Below, piece after piece: positions 1 to 9,620 of a DNA stretch of 64,000 nt. Position 1 is the first letter of the stretch. Each line of letters opens with the position of its first letter. A model generated the notes under the pieces. That model did not search any database. It was not told where the DNA came from and was given only the letters and a program-made list of their open reading frames with translations. The position numbers and the translations under genes are program-made. Location of the stretch: the IMG/VR virus record IMGVR_UViG_3300024252_000004, positions 186,001 to 250,000 of that record, one strand, 5' to 3'.

Positions 1-216
1 CCCACCTGATGAGGCCATGGCAGTCTGTCAGGAGTCTTGGGATTGAAATGGAGACGCCTCTTGGGGCAGTGTATATTTGTCCCCTGGATGACAAGAAGCA
101 TGTAAGGGTAAGAGACACAGAAGGTGTTGAGCATGATTGGCCCTTTGACTATGCTGTTGGCAACGCATTTGTAGCAACATTTTCAGAAAATGATGCCGCC
201 CCATCCTGAAGGGAAG

Positions 217-244
217 TTTTCTAAATTTCTCACAGGATGTTATA
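217..244 (+). promoter_or_regulatory. phage-specific promoter motif copy 1 (TTTTCTA-N15-GTTATA)
   Basis: TTTTCTAAATTTCTCACAGGATGTTATA; 14 same-length, same-strand copies in the window, nearly all upstream of gene starts. Confidence 0.8.
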
Positions 245-319
245 GGGTTATGTAAGCCCGCACAATGTCAGGAATAGGTCGCCGCCATTCCTTGGCAATA
301 CTTTGTCCCCGAGAATAAA

Positions 320-868
320 ATGCCTCCGTCTATCGTTTGGTATTACCACAATGATGAATGGGTCAAGCTTTACAAGGAGAGTAGCTCTTACTACTTTGTA
401 GATGTATTGACTTATGGTCGAGGAATGTGTTTCGGAGCAGCGCCTTCGAATACATATTCGGATAAGCCAAAGTATATTCCTGGGAAGATCCCTCTCGATC
501 GGGTTAGGGTCTTTACCGAACGGAAAATCTCCATTGATTACGTCGAGGAAGCAGAAAAGGTTCTCTTCAGAGATACTTGCTTCAGCTTCAGTCAAGACAT
601 GGAGGCTATTGAGTGGGGCGGAGAGAGCACGAAGATCACCGTTACTGAGACGGTTACGAAGATCGAAGGCTGGAACAACACTCACGTCTGCTCCTATTGC
701 GAAGAGAGTTCTGTGACTCCAAACGATAGCATTGACCTCTCTGCTGTCACTTGTAACTGCGGAAGCACGGGACGCTTTGTCACAATGGAGCATTGGCTGA
801 GTAGCAGCGGGATCAATGAGATTCCATACGTTGGTCAGACGGTCACCGTTACCAGAGAGGGTAGATAG
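320..868 (+). CDS. hypothetical protein with CxxC...CxC...H (possible Zn binding)
   Basis: 182-aa ORF downstream of the promoter, abutting the next gene. Confidence 0.65.
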   Translation: MPPSIVWYYHNDEWVKLYKESSSYYFVDVLTYGRGMCFGAAPSNTYSDKPKYIPGKIPLDRVRVFTERKISIDYVEEAEKVLFRDTCFSFSQDMEAIEWGGESTKITVTETVTKIEGWNNTHVCSYCEESSVTPNDSIDLSAVTCNCGSTGRFVTMEHWLSSSGINEIPYVGQTVTVTREGR

Positions 869-869
869 C

Positions 870-1088
870 ATGTCTGCGGAGACTATCTCACTTCAGGAAT
901 TCATGATCGAAGTTCGCAGAATCCTCCGCAAGAACAACTGGTCTGCTGCTTACTTCCTTTGGCACACAATCCACTTTGTATATTCAGAATGTGATCCCGC
1001 AGACTTCCTGTGGTTCTTGCTCGAAGTAAATAAAAGAAAGGCCGGCACGGCCTGCGAAACGTACACACAGACTAAGGAACCAGTATAG
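870..1088 (+). CDS. hypothetical protein
   Basis: ATG at 870 just after the previous stop, purine-rich upstream. Confidence 0.55.
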   Translation: MSAETISLQEFMIEVRRILRKNNWSAAYFLWHTIHFVYSECDPADFLWFLLEVNKRKAGTACETYTQTKEPV

Positions 1089-1104
1089 GTTCTGAGGAAA
1101 TCTG

Positions 1105-1614
1105 ATGACTGATGGCGAAGGTTTTGATCCCAACAATGTTTTCTCTCTGAATGCAAAGCGAAACTACGGTAGGTCTTTCGAGATTGGCCGGAAGTATGCT
1201 GAGTGCATCATTGATGGTGTTGAAATCAAGCACAATTTCAAGGTTGCAGATCGGGTGGCGTTCACTATGGATTGTTTTAAGGAGGTGATTGACGAGAGTT
1301 ACTCTCTTGAGTTTTCCAGATTCATGATGATTTGTGTTCGTCACAAGATTGATCCCATTCATTCTGCTCTACTCTCTCAGAGTCTTTCCGGCAATGTCTT
1401 TGGTTTCTATACCGTGAAGATTGAGGATGGTAAGGCGCCGGTTCGAGAGTATCCTCGCATTGGAACTTACATGAACGATGGTGTCATTATGGTTTCTGAA
1501 GAGGCTGGGCTTAAGGCCATGAAGTTCTCAAGAAATCTTGGATACCTTATGGTCTCCATTGCTATGGCACTCTCAGGGGGTTTTGTGGCGGTCCTCTTCT
1601 TCATCTTTGGCTGA
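1105..1614 (+). CDS. hypothetical protein with C-terminal TM helix
   Basis: GAGG RBS; hydrophobic C-terminus. Confidence 0.65.
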   Translation: MTDGEGFDPNNVFSLNAKRNYGRSFEIGRKYAECIIDGVEIKHNFKVADRVAFTMDCFKEVIDESYSLEFSRFMMICVRHKIDPIHSALLSQSLSGNVFGFYTVKIEDGKAPVREYPRIGTYMNDGVIMVSEEAGLKAMKFSRNLGYLMVSIAMALSGGFVAVLFFIFG

Positions 1615-1630
1615 AATAAAAGGAGAAGTG

Positions 1631-2035
1631 ATGGCAACGAGTTTTACATTCAGAGATAGGGACGGAAAGACCCTGAGCATTAGCCATGATGGTCCTGTGG
1701 ATATCCTACTTACTCCGAAGGTTTGGAGAAGGGACAGAGAGAACTATCGGATGGTTACGGTTCAAACTGTAGTTGATTTTGCAGAAGACCCTGGCCCTGA
1801 AAATGAAGTGTGCTATAGTGAAATTGCTCATGTCACTGGATGGCATGGTAAGGGTTTCATGGTACGCGTCAAGTCAAGAGAAGATGAGTCTGAGCCTGTG
1901 TTTGCATTCCGTTCGTCCAGTAAGGTTTTCTACCTTCAGGACTACGATGATGACTCTACGGCATACTCTGATGCCATGACCTGGGCAACTGAAAAGATTG
2001 CCCATTACTACGAAATGAATCAGAAAAACTACTAA
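1631..2035 (+). CDS. hypothetical protein
   Basis: AAGGAG RBS before ATG 1631. Confidence 0.65.
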   Translation: MATSFTFRDRDGKTLSISHDGPVDILLTPKVWRRDRENYRMVTVQTVVDFAEDPGPENEVCYSEIAHVTGWHGKGFMVRVKSREDESEPVFAFRSSSKVFYLQDYDDDSTAYSDAMTWATEKIAHYYEMNQKNY

Positions 2036-2098
2036 GAGAGCGCCGAGACTCTTAGTAGATATTAATCGGTAAAACAAAAAACCTGTAGAGGTAAGTCA

Positions 2099-2458
2099 AT
2101 GAATCTTCGCAATCTTAGCGCCATGCTCCTGTTCTCTTTCGCAATGGCGTGTGGTACCATTGAGGGCGTTGCTGACAGGACTCTTGATCCTGACAATGTT
2201 ATTCACAATTACGAGTGGTTCCACGACACGAGTGAGGCCATTGAGGCTCGTCTTCCTCAGATTGCTGACTATGTTCAGTATATTGCAGACGAGACTGATC
2301 CTGCTGAGAAGCAGCGTCTTCGGACGGAGCTTAACGCGATGCGTCAGTCGTGCCGAAGCATGGTGTCTGATTACAACGCGAATTCGAAGAAGGTCAACGT
2401 GTCTATGTTCAAGGGGCGTACTGCTCCTGCCAGCTACTCTCTCTCCATCTGCGACTAA
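2099..2458 (+). CDS. putative lipoprotein
   Basis: signal peptide ending FAMA-C; biased codon usage. Confidence 0.65.
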   Translation: MNLRNLSAMLLFSFAMACGTIEGVADRTLDPDNVIHNYEWFHDTSEAIEARLPQIADYVQYIADETDPAEKQRLRTELNAMRQSCRSMVSDYNANSKKVNVSMFKGRTAPASYSLSICD

Positions 2459-2469
2459 GGTTTTATACA

Positions 2470-2949
2470 ATGAAGCGTCTATTTTTTGCTGCCCTCTATG
2501 CTCTCACCCTCACTTCGTGTGAGTTTGCTCCGCCTACTGCGTCTGAGAAGCAGGCTCGTAAGGCTCAGAGGGCTGCGGAGACAGTCAATTTCACTGAGAA
2601 TGCAGAGATTGAGAACATTCAGCGTCGTCTCAAGCTGACTTCTTCTCCTGGCCTGACCGGCTATGTCCTGCTTCTGAATGATGCTGGTCAGCCCATCATG
2701 TATGTTGCTACTGAGGGCAAGCTGACCTCTGGTGGTAAGCGTCTGACCAGACCTTATGATCTCAGCGGTACTTATGGACAGATGCCGACCCCTTCTGACG
2801 AGGGAACTTGGAGCGGTGGTGGTTCTCTGCCGTATATCTACTTCTGGTCTGTTAGCGGGCAGTATTACCAGTGGAGTGGAGACTATCTGTTCAGTGACCA
2901 GCCTTTCCGTCTGAGTGTCGAACCTCTTGTGGTTGACATTCAGCGCTGA
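2470..2949 (+). CDS. putative lipoprotein
   Basis: MKRLFFAALYALTLTS-C lipobox; paired with the preceding lipoprotein. Confidence 0.7.
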   Translation: MKRLFFAALYALTLTSCEFAPPTASEKQARKAQRAAETVNFTENAEIENIQRRLKLTSSPGLTGYVLLLNDAGQPIMYVATEGKLTSGGKRLTRPYDLSGTYGQMPTPSDEGTWSGGGSLPYIYFWSVSGQYYQWSGDYLFSDQPFRLSVEPLVVDIQR

Positions 2950-2997
2950 GAAGCCTGTAAGGTAGCAAGCGTTTGGTTTCAAGCTGCGGGAGTTCTG

Positions 2998-3321
2998 ATG
3001 TATATTTTGGATCGCAAAACGAAGGTTGAAAACCCGGAAGACTTGGGTGATACAGAATTCGTCATTCTGAAACAGAGTAAGATTGTTCCTTCTTCTGGTT
3101 GGGAAAGTGATCCGGGCTACTCGACTCCACCTCCGGAAGCTTATTGGGAAATCTATCCCTTTGAGTCTCGGGAAGCATGGGAGTCTGCGGTCCTTGCTCT
3201 TGGAAAGAAGAATCTGGAGAGAGCAGAGACGGGCAAGTATGGCAAGCCTGATATCTTTCTTGCTCTTAGGATCTCCGGTTCTGCCTCTGTTCAGACAGTT
3301 GTTCAGTTGGTGAATCGATGA
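2998..3321 (+). CDS. hypothetical protein
   Basis: GGGGAG RBS; overlaps the next start (ATGA). Confidence 0.6.
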   Translation: MYILDRKTKVENPEDLGDTEFVILKQSKIVPSSGWESDPGYSTPPPEAYWEIYPFESREAWESAVLALGKKNLERAETGKYGKPDIFLALRISGSASVQTVVQLVNR

Positions 3322-3809
3322 ATGGAATCGTTCTTTTTGACAGAGACCTTGACGAGACTCATTCTTCTAAGGGGAATGAGGAGGTTCTGTTCACCTCGGA
3401 GACTGGCGGAGTAAAGATTAAGTTCTTCTCTTCGGGAACTCTTGAGAGGGCGATTAAATGCTGTGAGCAGCACGGTATGCCTCTTCATATTCTGGTAACC
3501 AGATGGTTTGGATCCAAGGATGCTTTCGCTAAGCATGTGTCAGAGAATGAGACATGGTGGTATGACAAGCTCTACTCCACGAAGGTAAATGTCACACTGC
3601 ACTTGAGCAAGAGACTCTATCATCATCCGGATGGCTTCCTTGACAGGATGGCGAGAGAGTCTCTTGATTTGACACTTCCAACACGGATGTATCTTGGTAG
3701 AGAGCGAGCGATGAGGTTGCAAGACATTCAGACTATGTTGCTGACTAAGGGTTGGTTGACAGTCTCGAATGAGAGCCTTTGGGAAGTGTTGTGTCAGGAG
3801 GATTCTTGA
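3318..3809 (+). CDS. hypothetical protein
   Basis: translationally coupled ORF, 163 aa. Confidence 0.6.
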   Translation: MNGIVLFDRDLDETHSSKGNEEVLFTSETGGVKIKFFSSGTLERAIKCCEQHGMPLHILVTRWFGSKDAFAKHVSENETWWYDKLYSTKVNVTLHLSKRLYHHPDGFLDRMARESLDLTLPTRMYLGRERAMRLQDIQTMLLTKGWLTVSNESLWEVLCQEDS

Positions 3810-3856
3810 ACGAAAGAGAGCAGAAGATTTGCTAAGGTAAGTCTCAAACAAACAGG

Positions 3857-3888
3857 AACCCCGGTAGGCTTAGGCTTACCGGGGTTTT
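3857..3888. terminator. intrinsic terminator between convergent genes
   Basis: AACCCCGGTAGG...CTTACCGGGGTTTT hairpin. Confidence 0.75.
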
Positions 3889-3910
3889 CTGCGTTTGGGA
3901 TATGCTTAAG

Positions 3911-4849
3911 TTATCTTCTTCCTGGGTCAAAGCCGGGAATCATTTTCAAAGCGAAGGCAATGTTAGTGAGGTTATCTGGATCAATCAGCAGATTCTCAAT
4001 ATTATAAGTCTTGCCGTAAAGCTTTACTGCATCTTTGATTGCAGCTTCAGTCTTCTTGCCCCACCAGCCATCAATGTCTCCAACGTTGAGACCCATCCTT
4101 GCACAGTGACTCTGAACTGCTCTAACTCTAAGCTTCCTGTTAAAGTTAACATCAAGCAATGCAGGCTTTTCCTTCACCATTCTTGCTCTTAGATAAATCT
4201 CTAATTGGTTCCAGGGGAATGCAGGCCCGGGGTCAGTCTTTCTTGTAGGAGATACATGCTCATGACCGATGACATTCTCTGGAAGAATGTTATATTCTTT
4301 CATCCAATTCCATACTTGCCAAGCCACAGCTTCTACTTGCTGGTCAGGATACTCTGCCCAAAGTTTATTACTCCAAGCCTTTCTATGGTCGGGGAACTTA
4401 TCCATATCCTGTGCTGTTACCACACGAGTAGTAACTAGTTTACCCTTGGATGATTTATATCTTTCATCACGATAGAATTCCTTATCAGATTGCATAACCT
4501 CTGGAGTTCCTTTGTTTCTGTATACATAGCGAGGAGAGGAGCCATCAAACTCTCCGTCTCCCCAACCAAAGTTAACCATCTCAACACCGAAGGCGTGATG
4601 ATTTATGCCGGAGTATCCGCACCAGCTACTGGAGCCAGCGTGCCATCCTCTGTTCTCATCCTCAAGGTATCTAACAAGCTTGCCGTCTCGTTCAACACAG
4701 AAGTGAACAGAGATGCCTCTGTTCTTCAGCACACTGTGCGTCTGAGGCTCAGTATAGCCGGCAGTATAATGAAGGACGATAGCCCAAGGGGTACGTGTCC
4801 AGCCCCTGCTATATCCTTTTGTTAAAAGGTTCTCTTCTACTTTTCTCAT
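3911..4849 (-). CDS. N-acetylmuramoyl-L-alanine amidase (Amidase_2/AmpD type) with C-terminal peptidoglycan-binding domain; endolysin candidate
   Basis: IVLHYTAG, SVHF, GWHAG, GVEMVN, IGHEHVSPTRKTDPGPAFPW; C-terminal DIDGWWGKKTEAAIK. Confidence 0.9.
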   Translation of the reverse strand: MRKVEENLLTKGYSRGWTRTPWAIVLHYTAGYTEPQTHSVLKNRGISVHFCVERDGKLVRYLEDENRGWHAGSSSWCGYSGINHHAFGVEMVNFGWGDGEFDGSSPRYVYRNKGTPEVMQSDKEFYRDERYKSSKGKLVTTRVVTAQDMDKFPDHRKAWSNKLWAEYPDQQVEAVAWQVWNWMKEYNILPENVIGHEHVSPTRKTDPGPAFPWNQLEIYLRARMVKEKPALLDVNFNRKLRVRAVQSHCARMGLNVGDIDGWWGKKTEAAIKDAVKLYGKTYNIENLLIDPDNLTNIAFALKMIPGFDPGRR

Positions 4850-4894
4850 AATGTTCCTTTTAGTTAGTTGTGTCGCATCTTCAGTTAGAGGTGC

Positions 4895-5317
4895 TTAATC
4901 TATTGTACTCAACGCGGCACCCTGGCCACCGGGGAGAAAAGCTTGATAGGCGATTTTCCTGACGATTTGCCCGGCATCTTTTTGCCCGAGAGATATCAAA
5001 GTGTTTGAAAGATCGATCAGCTTATCATAAGAGGATTTCTTTTTAGTCTTCTTATCTTGCTTCTTGGTTTCTTTCTTTGTTTTTGTTGGATCGGTTTTAT
5101 GATGGCTCGACTTGAGCTTCTTGTTATTATTAAGGACGCCCCAAGCTTTTGCGTAAGCGGTAGACTCACCATCTCCATCAGCTATAGCACCGTTAAAGAC
5201 GTGGATGAACTGTTTGACTTCTTTCTTGCCAGCTTTAGGGTGACGCTTTTTGATTCGTTTGACTAAAGCCTTCGGCGGATTTTTAACACTATAGGGCATG
5301 GTACTTTCTATCCTCAC
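4895..5317 (-). CDS. ChaB-like basic protein
   Basis: MPYS...P...FIHVFNGA...AYAKAWGVL pattern; true start probably the MPYS Met. Confidence 0.6.
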   Translation of the reverse strand: MRIESTMPYSVKNPPKALVKRIKKRHPKAGKKEVKQFIHVFNGAIADGDGESTAYAKAWGVLNNNKKLKSSHHKTDPTKTKKETKKQDKKTKKKSSYDKLIDLSNTLISLGQKDAGQIVRKIAYQAFLPGGQGAALSTID

Positions 5318-5347
5318 TATTGATTCTCATTATTAGTTGAAAGATTC

Positions 5348-5375
5348 TTCTCCAAAATTCTTGCAGGATGTTATG
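5348..5375 (+). promoter_or_regulatory. phage promoter motif (degenerate)
   Basis: TTCTCCA-N15-GTTATG. Confidence 0.55.
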
Positions 5376-5437
5376 GATTGGCATAGCCCGATGGAATCAT
5401 CGTGGATGATAAAACTATTCATATGTAGTAGAATAAT

Positions 5438-5785
5438 ATGGAGAGAGGGACAATGGCTGAAGCTGTTACGGTACATGCTTATAAAGCATCTGGATCCGAA
5501 AGAGAATATACATTTCTATTTGATTCAGATCCTGGCCAAGAAGCAGTAGAGGAACTTCTTGGCAGCTTCGAGGGTGACATCTGGATTACAGACAGATTCC
5601 CATTCATGATGGGCAATATGTATACGCTTCTTAAGGGTGAGAAACCTTTCAACGTCTATGACTTTGATCTTACTCTTGTTGGGGGAGGAGTCATTTCGGC
5701 CGGCACCCAAGTCATGTTTAAAACCTACACCGACATTTTGTGGGAACCAGTAGAGGACGGAAATGAAGAAGGATTTCAAGCTTGA
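5438..5785 (+). CDS. hypothetical protein
   Basis: ORF downstream of promoter. Confidence 0.6.
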   Translation: MERGTMAEAVTVHAYKASGSEREYTFLFDSDPGQEAVEELLGSFEGDIWITDRFPFMMGNMYTLLKGEKPFNVYDFDLTLVGGGVISAGTQVMFKTYTDILWEPVEDGNEEGFQA

Positions 5786-6101
5786 TAAGGAACTGACTAC
5801 AGATACCGCTGCCTATTTTGGCAGTAGTCATTACGTCGTTCATTATGATCTTGATCCTATCAACCCATTCTCTCTTAACAGACTGATCGTCATTGATGAA
5901 GTCCCTGGCAAAGTAGCTCAGCTATTTGGCAAAAGAACAACTCGTCGTGTTTTTCTTGGCAGGATGAGTTGGCACGAGATTCTTAACGATAAGAGGCTGC
6001 TCTGTCCAAAGCAGATGGAACTTCAGCTATCAGAAATATGTTTCAGTTTGGAGAAGAAGAACAAGAGCAGACTAAAGGCTAAACGAATTAAGAGGACTTG
6101 A
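5763..6101 (+). CDS. hypothetical protein
   Basis: GAGG RBS, overlapping the upstream gene. Confidence 0.55.
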   Translation: MKKDFKLDKELTTDTAAYFGSSHYVVHYDLDPINPFSLNRLIVIDEVPGKVAQLFGKRTTRRVFLGRMSWHEILNDKRLLCPKQMELQLSEICFSLEKKNKSRLKAKRIKRT

Positions 6102-6117
6102 AGATCCTATTCGGATT

Positions 6118-6145
6118 TTTTATAGATTTCTCGTAGGGCGTTATA
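6118..6145 (+). promoter_or_regulatory. phage promoter motif
   Basis: TTTTATA-N15-GTTATA. Confidence 0.7.
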
Positions 6146-6184
6146 CTGAAGGGAACGAAGCCCCCAACGAATCCCGAGGTTTGA

Positions 6185-6496
6185 ATGGCCACTCCTATTG
6201 TTACCACTGATGATGGAACCTACACCTATTCTACGAGCCTTAGGCGGTGGGTCTGTACGGCTGGGAGAATCCCCGGTATGAGTGGTGGATTCCATCTCAA
6301 TTGCTGTGTTCACCTCACGTTTGGTGCGGAGCTTAGTGCTGTGGCACTCAAGGAAGGGTTCACCCGCGAGGACTTTGGTTTCTTCACGAAGCCTGAGAAG
6401 CCTGAGAAGTCTGTTAAGGTGAAGAAGCTTCGCACTGGAAAGCCCGGTGTTCGTCGCAGCAAGGTCAAGAATTTCGAAGAGCTTTTCAGTCTGTGA
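6185..6496 (+). CDS. hypothetical protein
   Basis: GAGG RBS; follows promoter. Confidence 0.65.
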   Translation: MATPIVTTDDGTYTYSTSLRRWVCTAGRIPGMSGGFHLNCCVHLTFGAELSAVALKEGFTREDFGFFTKPEKPEKSVKVKKLRTGKPGVRRSKVKNFEELFSL

Positions 6497-6535
6497 TTGA
6501 CTCCCTGAGCCACTTAGGGTACAACTCTCTGTAAT

Positions 6536-6611
6536 GGCGAGATACCCAAGTGGCCTAAGGGGCGCGGTTGCAACCCGTGTATCGTCGGTTCAAATCCGAC
6601 TCTCGCCTCCA
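6536..6611 (+). tRNA. tRNA-Cys(GCA)
   Basis: GGCGAGA/TCTCGCC acceptor, TTGCAAC loop, GGTTCAAATCC T arm, encoded CCA. Confidence 0.93.
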
Positions 6612-6628
6612 ATGCCTGGAGAAATAGG

Positions 6629-6868
6629 ATGAACGAAGTTAAAGCCCAACGGTGGTATGTGTACCCGGAAGGTGCCGGAAAGGGTGAAGGGAAAGACCTT
6701 TACGATTTCGGTCTTAGGCTCACGTCTTGTGGCACAGATGAAGATCCTCAGGAGCTTCTGGATTCGTGGGACGAATTGAGTAATGATAATCTGATCATTG
6801 TTCTCTGCACACATGATGGATCTGGTTGGCTGCGTGCCACCGATAAGTTGAACCCCACAGTCTCTTAG
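6629..6868 (+). CDS. hypothetical protein
   Basis: GGAG RBS. Confidence 0.55.
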   Translation: MNEVKAQRWYVYPEGAGKGEGKDLYDFGLRLTSCGTDEDPQELLDSWDELSNDNLIIVLCTHDGSGWLRATDKLNPTVS

Positions 6869-7239
6869 TGAGAGACGCAAACAAAGTAAAGGAGGCCATA
6901 ATGGCTAACGCTGAGACTACTCGTAACTTCTGTCAGAACGGCGGACGTGTTGCGCATTTTCACGAGACGGATGATGACGGTCCTCTGATCGCAACCATCG
7001 CATACACTCGCACTGATGAGGGCGAGATCCTCTTCGGTTCCACCATCTATCGCCCGGGTGATGACCCGTGGACGAAGCAGCCTCACACTGAGACTGCCAT
7101 TGGTCGGGCGACTGTGCGTCCTATCTCCATTCCCGATGCTGATATGTCCGGTGCTGAGCGCAAGGTCTATGTGCGGGAGGCTATGAAGACCAACTACCGT
7201 GGTAGTCGAGTTCGGGTTCGGGCAGTCTCGACTGACTGA
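6868..7239 (+). CDS. hypothetical protein (likely start ATG 6901)
   Basis: AAGGAGG RBS before ATG 6901; strongly biased codons. Confidence 0.7.
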   Translation: MRDANKVKEAIMANAETTRNFCQNGGRVAHFHETDDDGPLIATIAYTRTDEGEILFGSTIYRPGDDPWTKQPHTETAIGRATVRPISIPDADMSGAERKVYVREAMKTNYRGSRVRVRAVSTD

Positions 7240-7247
7240 ATGAATAT

Positions 7248-7341
7248 GGGGCGGTACGCCATATGTGGACCGCGAGCGAACGACAAACTGTGAGGGGTAA
7301 AGATCCCCTGCTGTAGGGCCCGATCCCTACCTGCCCCACCA
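7248..7341 (+). ncRNA. tRNA-like RNA with degenerate anticodon arm
   Basis: GGGGCGG/CTGCCCC-ACCA acceptor, long variable arm AGGGG/CCCCT, T stem GTAGG/CCTAC with non-canonical loop; no foldable anticodon arm. Confidence 0.65.
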
Positions 7342-7645
7342 TTCGTGACAATGAAGTTTCCGTAGAGTACATCGCTATTTGTAGTGGTAGCTAATACTCA
7401 AACTATAGATAGGAGGTGACTGATGGAATTTCTTCTTAGAATTCTGAGACATATGGATTTTCCATTCTAATTGAGTGGGGTCCGTGACTGAGCCTAATGC
7501 TTAGGCTATATAACTGCCAAAGAGTCCTGTGCGTTTTGCCTTGTATCGCGGTAGAGAACGACAGTTATATAGTTAGGACAGGGTATGCCAAGAAAGTAAA
7601 TCAGAGTCATGCACCCGTATGTATACACACAGACGGAGGTGTTAT

Positions 7646-7840
7646 ATGACAAAAGAAGAAGCGATTTTGGTAAGGAATCTTATTGACGGAATGGAAGAGA
7701 AGCGTTGGGGAGGCACTCTGTATGAAGGTACAGAATGTTTGGGCTGCTACATTGTGGTAGACGAAGATGAGACTCAGACGCATGAACCCGACTGCCTTTG
7801 GCATAGGGTCATGGAGATAATCAATAAGGTTCTGGAGTAG
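7646..7840 (+). CDS. hypothetical protein
   Basis: GGAGGT RBS. Confidence 0.6.
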   Translation: MTKEEAILVRNLIDGMEEKRWGGTLYEGTECLGCYIVVDEDETQTHEPDCLWHRVMEIINKVLE

Positions 7841-7868
7841 ATGGGGCGTCGGCCCCTTGCTCCGACAT

Positions 7869-7945
7869 GCGTGCGTAGCTCAGTTGGATAGAGCATCGGT
7901 TTCCTAAACCGAGGGTCGCAGGTTCGAGCCCTGCCGCGCGTACCA
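7869..7945 (+). tRNA. tRNA-Arg(CCT)
   Basis: canonical cloverleaf, TCGGT-TTCCTAA-ACCGA, CCA end. Confidence 0.95.
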
Positions 7946-8122
7946 TATTTCCGTTCGATGATCGTAGCTCTTTTCTGTAAAGGAATGGGGAGCCGTTAAA
8001 GATCGATAGTGTGTTCTTCCGAGCATGATAGAAAGGTTTAGCTAAGTCTATCGGAGGCCCATTTGAAAAGCTTTGTTTTTCAGAAGCAAATTCTGATTAG
8101 TTAAACTTCAAAGGATATAGCG

Positions 8123-8338
8123 ATGCCTACAACTAAGATTGATGTGACTCCAAAGGGTCTTGCATTGCTTAGACTAATGTGGTGGCCGGAAGGTTCCGGA
8201 CCTATTGGGGCTATGCGCTGTATCGTAACTCTGATCAATCTTCTCGCAGAAGAGAAGGGAATTGATCTCGATTCTGTTGTCGTTGAACACAACGGACATA
8301 AATACTCAGGCTCTCCCCCAAGGAGGGTCAAACCTTAA
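8123..8338 (+). CDS. hypothetical protein
   Basis: AAGGA RBS. Confidence 0.5.
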   Translation: MPTTKIDVTPKGLALLRLMWWPEGSGPIGAMRCIVTLINLLAEEKGIDLDSVVVEHNGHKYSGSPPRRVKP

Positions 8339-8476
8339 GGTAAAGAAATGCTACGTTGTTCTAGATTTTATCGCTGGCGTAATCGTCCAGTATCTCGTTT
8401 TCATGACGACCGTTACAATCATCGAGCCAATCGTCGTTGGCGTCGATAACTCAATACTCCTACTAAGGAACACACA

Positions 8477-8737
8477 ATGAAGAATCGTATTTTCGGAATC
8501 CTGGCAATCTGTCTTGCTATCGGCACTGGATGCGCAGAGTCTAAGGTGATTGATGGTCGCGTTTATCAGCCTTATGGCCTGATTGATGAGCATCAGGTCC
8601 GAGATCCTTGCGTTGAGTACCGTGCTTCTACTGAGAATGTCATTTGGGGCATCCTTCTTGTGGAGACTGTCGTTGCTCCTGTGTTGCTGTTTGGCTATGA
8701 GCTTTACGAGCCCGTTGGCAAGCGGCAGTGTGACTGA
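8477..8737 (+). CDS. putative lipoprotein
   Basis: LAIGTG-C lipobox plus a second hydrophobic segment. Confidence 0.65.
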   Translation: MKNRIFGILAICLAIGTGCAESKVIDGRVYQPYGLIDEHQVRDPCVEYRASTENVIWGILLVETVVAPVLLFGYELYEPVGKRQCD

Positions 8738-8757
8738 TAAATATATAGATTAAGAAG

Positions 8758-9006
8758 ATGCTTCATATTAGATTCCTTTTTCTGCTGATGACAGCTTGTG
8801 CTTCTCCGACTAAGGCGGAGTATGTTGATGCTTATGTGTCGTATCTCTGCTCCTGTAGTGAGAACGAAGAGTGTGAGGGTTACCTATCCTCATTCGAAAG
8901 CTGCGACTATGATCCTCAAGCTGGTCAGGAATGTGTAAGGGATCTGTCTGCACTTGATAACGAGTGTGAGTGGGCTCCCTTGTCTTGCGAATATGCTTGC
9001 CCTTAG
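8758..9006 (+). CDS. Cys-rich putative lipoprotein
   Basis: LLMTA-C lipobox, many Cys. Confidence 0.6.
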   Translation: MLHIRFLFLLMTACASPTKAEYVDAYVSYLCSCSENEECEGYLSSFESCDYDPQAGQECVRDLSALDNECEWAPLSCEYACP

Positions 9007-9020
9007 GAGTTCTGAAAGTG

Positions 9021-9263
9021 ATGATCTATACCGCACTGCTTGCAGATAGAATGGGAAGAACAAAGGTCTTCACGTTCCATGGATCAAAGACAAAGTCAGA
9101 AGCCTACATTGATTTCAGAAAGGCCATTCCTTTCACTGGTTTCGATGGGTTTAGGCTTTTGGCGATTGTGCCAGGAGAGCATGAGGTAACCTGTTGGGAT
9201 ATAACTCATACTTTTCCAAGAGACGTAACAGATACCGCTACGGACTTTATGTCGGAAGACTAA
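9021..9263 (+). CDS. hypothetical protein
   Basis: AGGAG RBS. Confidence 0.55.
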   Translation: MIYTALLADRMGRTKVFTFHGSKTKSEAYIDFRKAIPFTGFDGFRLLAIVPGEHEVTCWDITHTFPRDVTDTATDFMSED

Positions 9264-9300
9264 GCCTCAGGCTCGGTCACAATTTAACTCAGAGAGTTTC

Positions 9301-9534
9301 ATGTCTTTCACTGCTGCTATGATTATGATCCTTGTAGGAATCATTCTCGGCCTTCTGTTCGCTGCTGGTTGCGTGGGGGCCGTCTTTAAGATTGTCTTTT
9401 CGACAAAGGGCGGAACATTTAGTGATGTATCGAGTTTCTTCATCGCAAGTTTCGTTGGAATGGTAGTGTCCATCATGATCTTCTATGCCGGTCTCGTCTT
9501 TGGCGGGCTGGAACTAATTCAGATGTTTTTTTAA
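9301..9534 (+). CDS. small membrane protein
   Basis: two hydrophobic helices. Confidence 0.6.
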   Translation: MSFTAAMIMILVGIILGLLFAAGCVGAVFKIVFSTKGGTFSDVSSFFIASFVGMVVSIMIFYAGLVFGGLELIQMFF

Positions 9535-9620
9535 CAGGTAGAGATGCCTAAATTTAAACGCTTATATGTTTCGCCCAGGACATATTAAGTTTAATGTATT
9601 CTGGGTAATGGAGAATTAAC

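Noticed and set aside
7248-7341. tmRNA
   Set aside because: Only 94 nt, no G3-U70 pair and no tag ORF.
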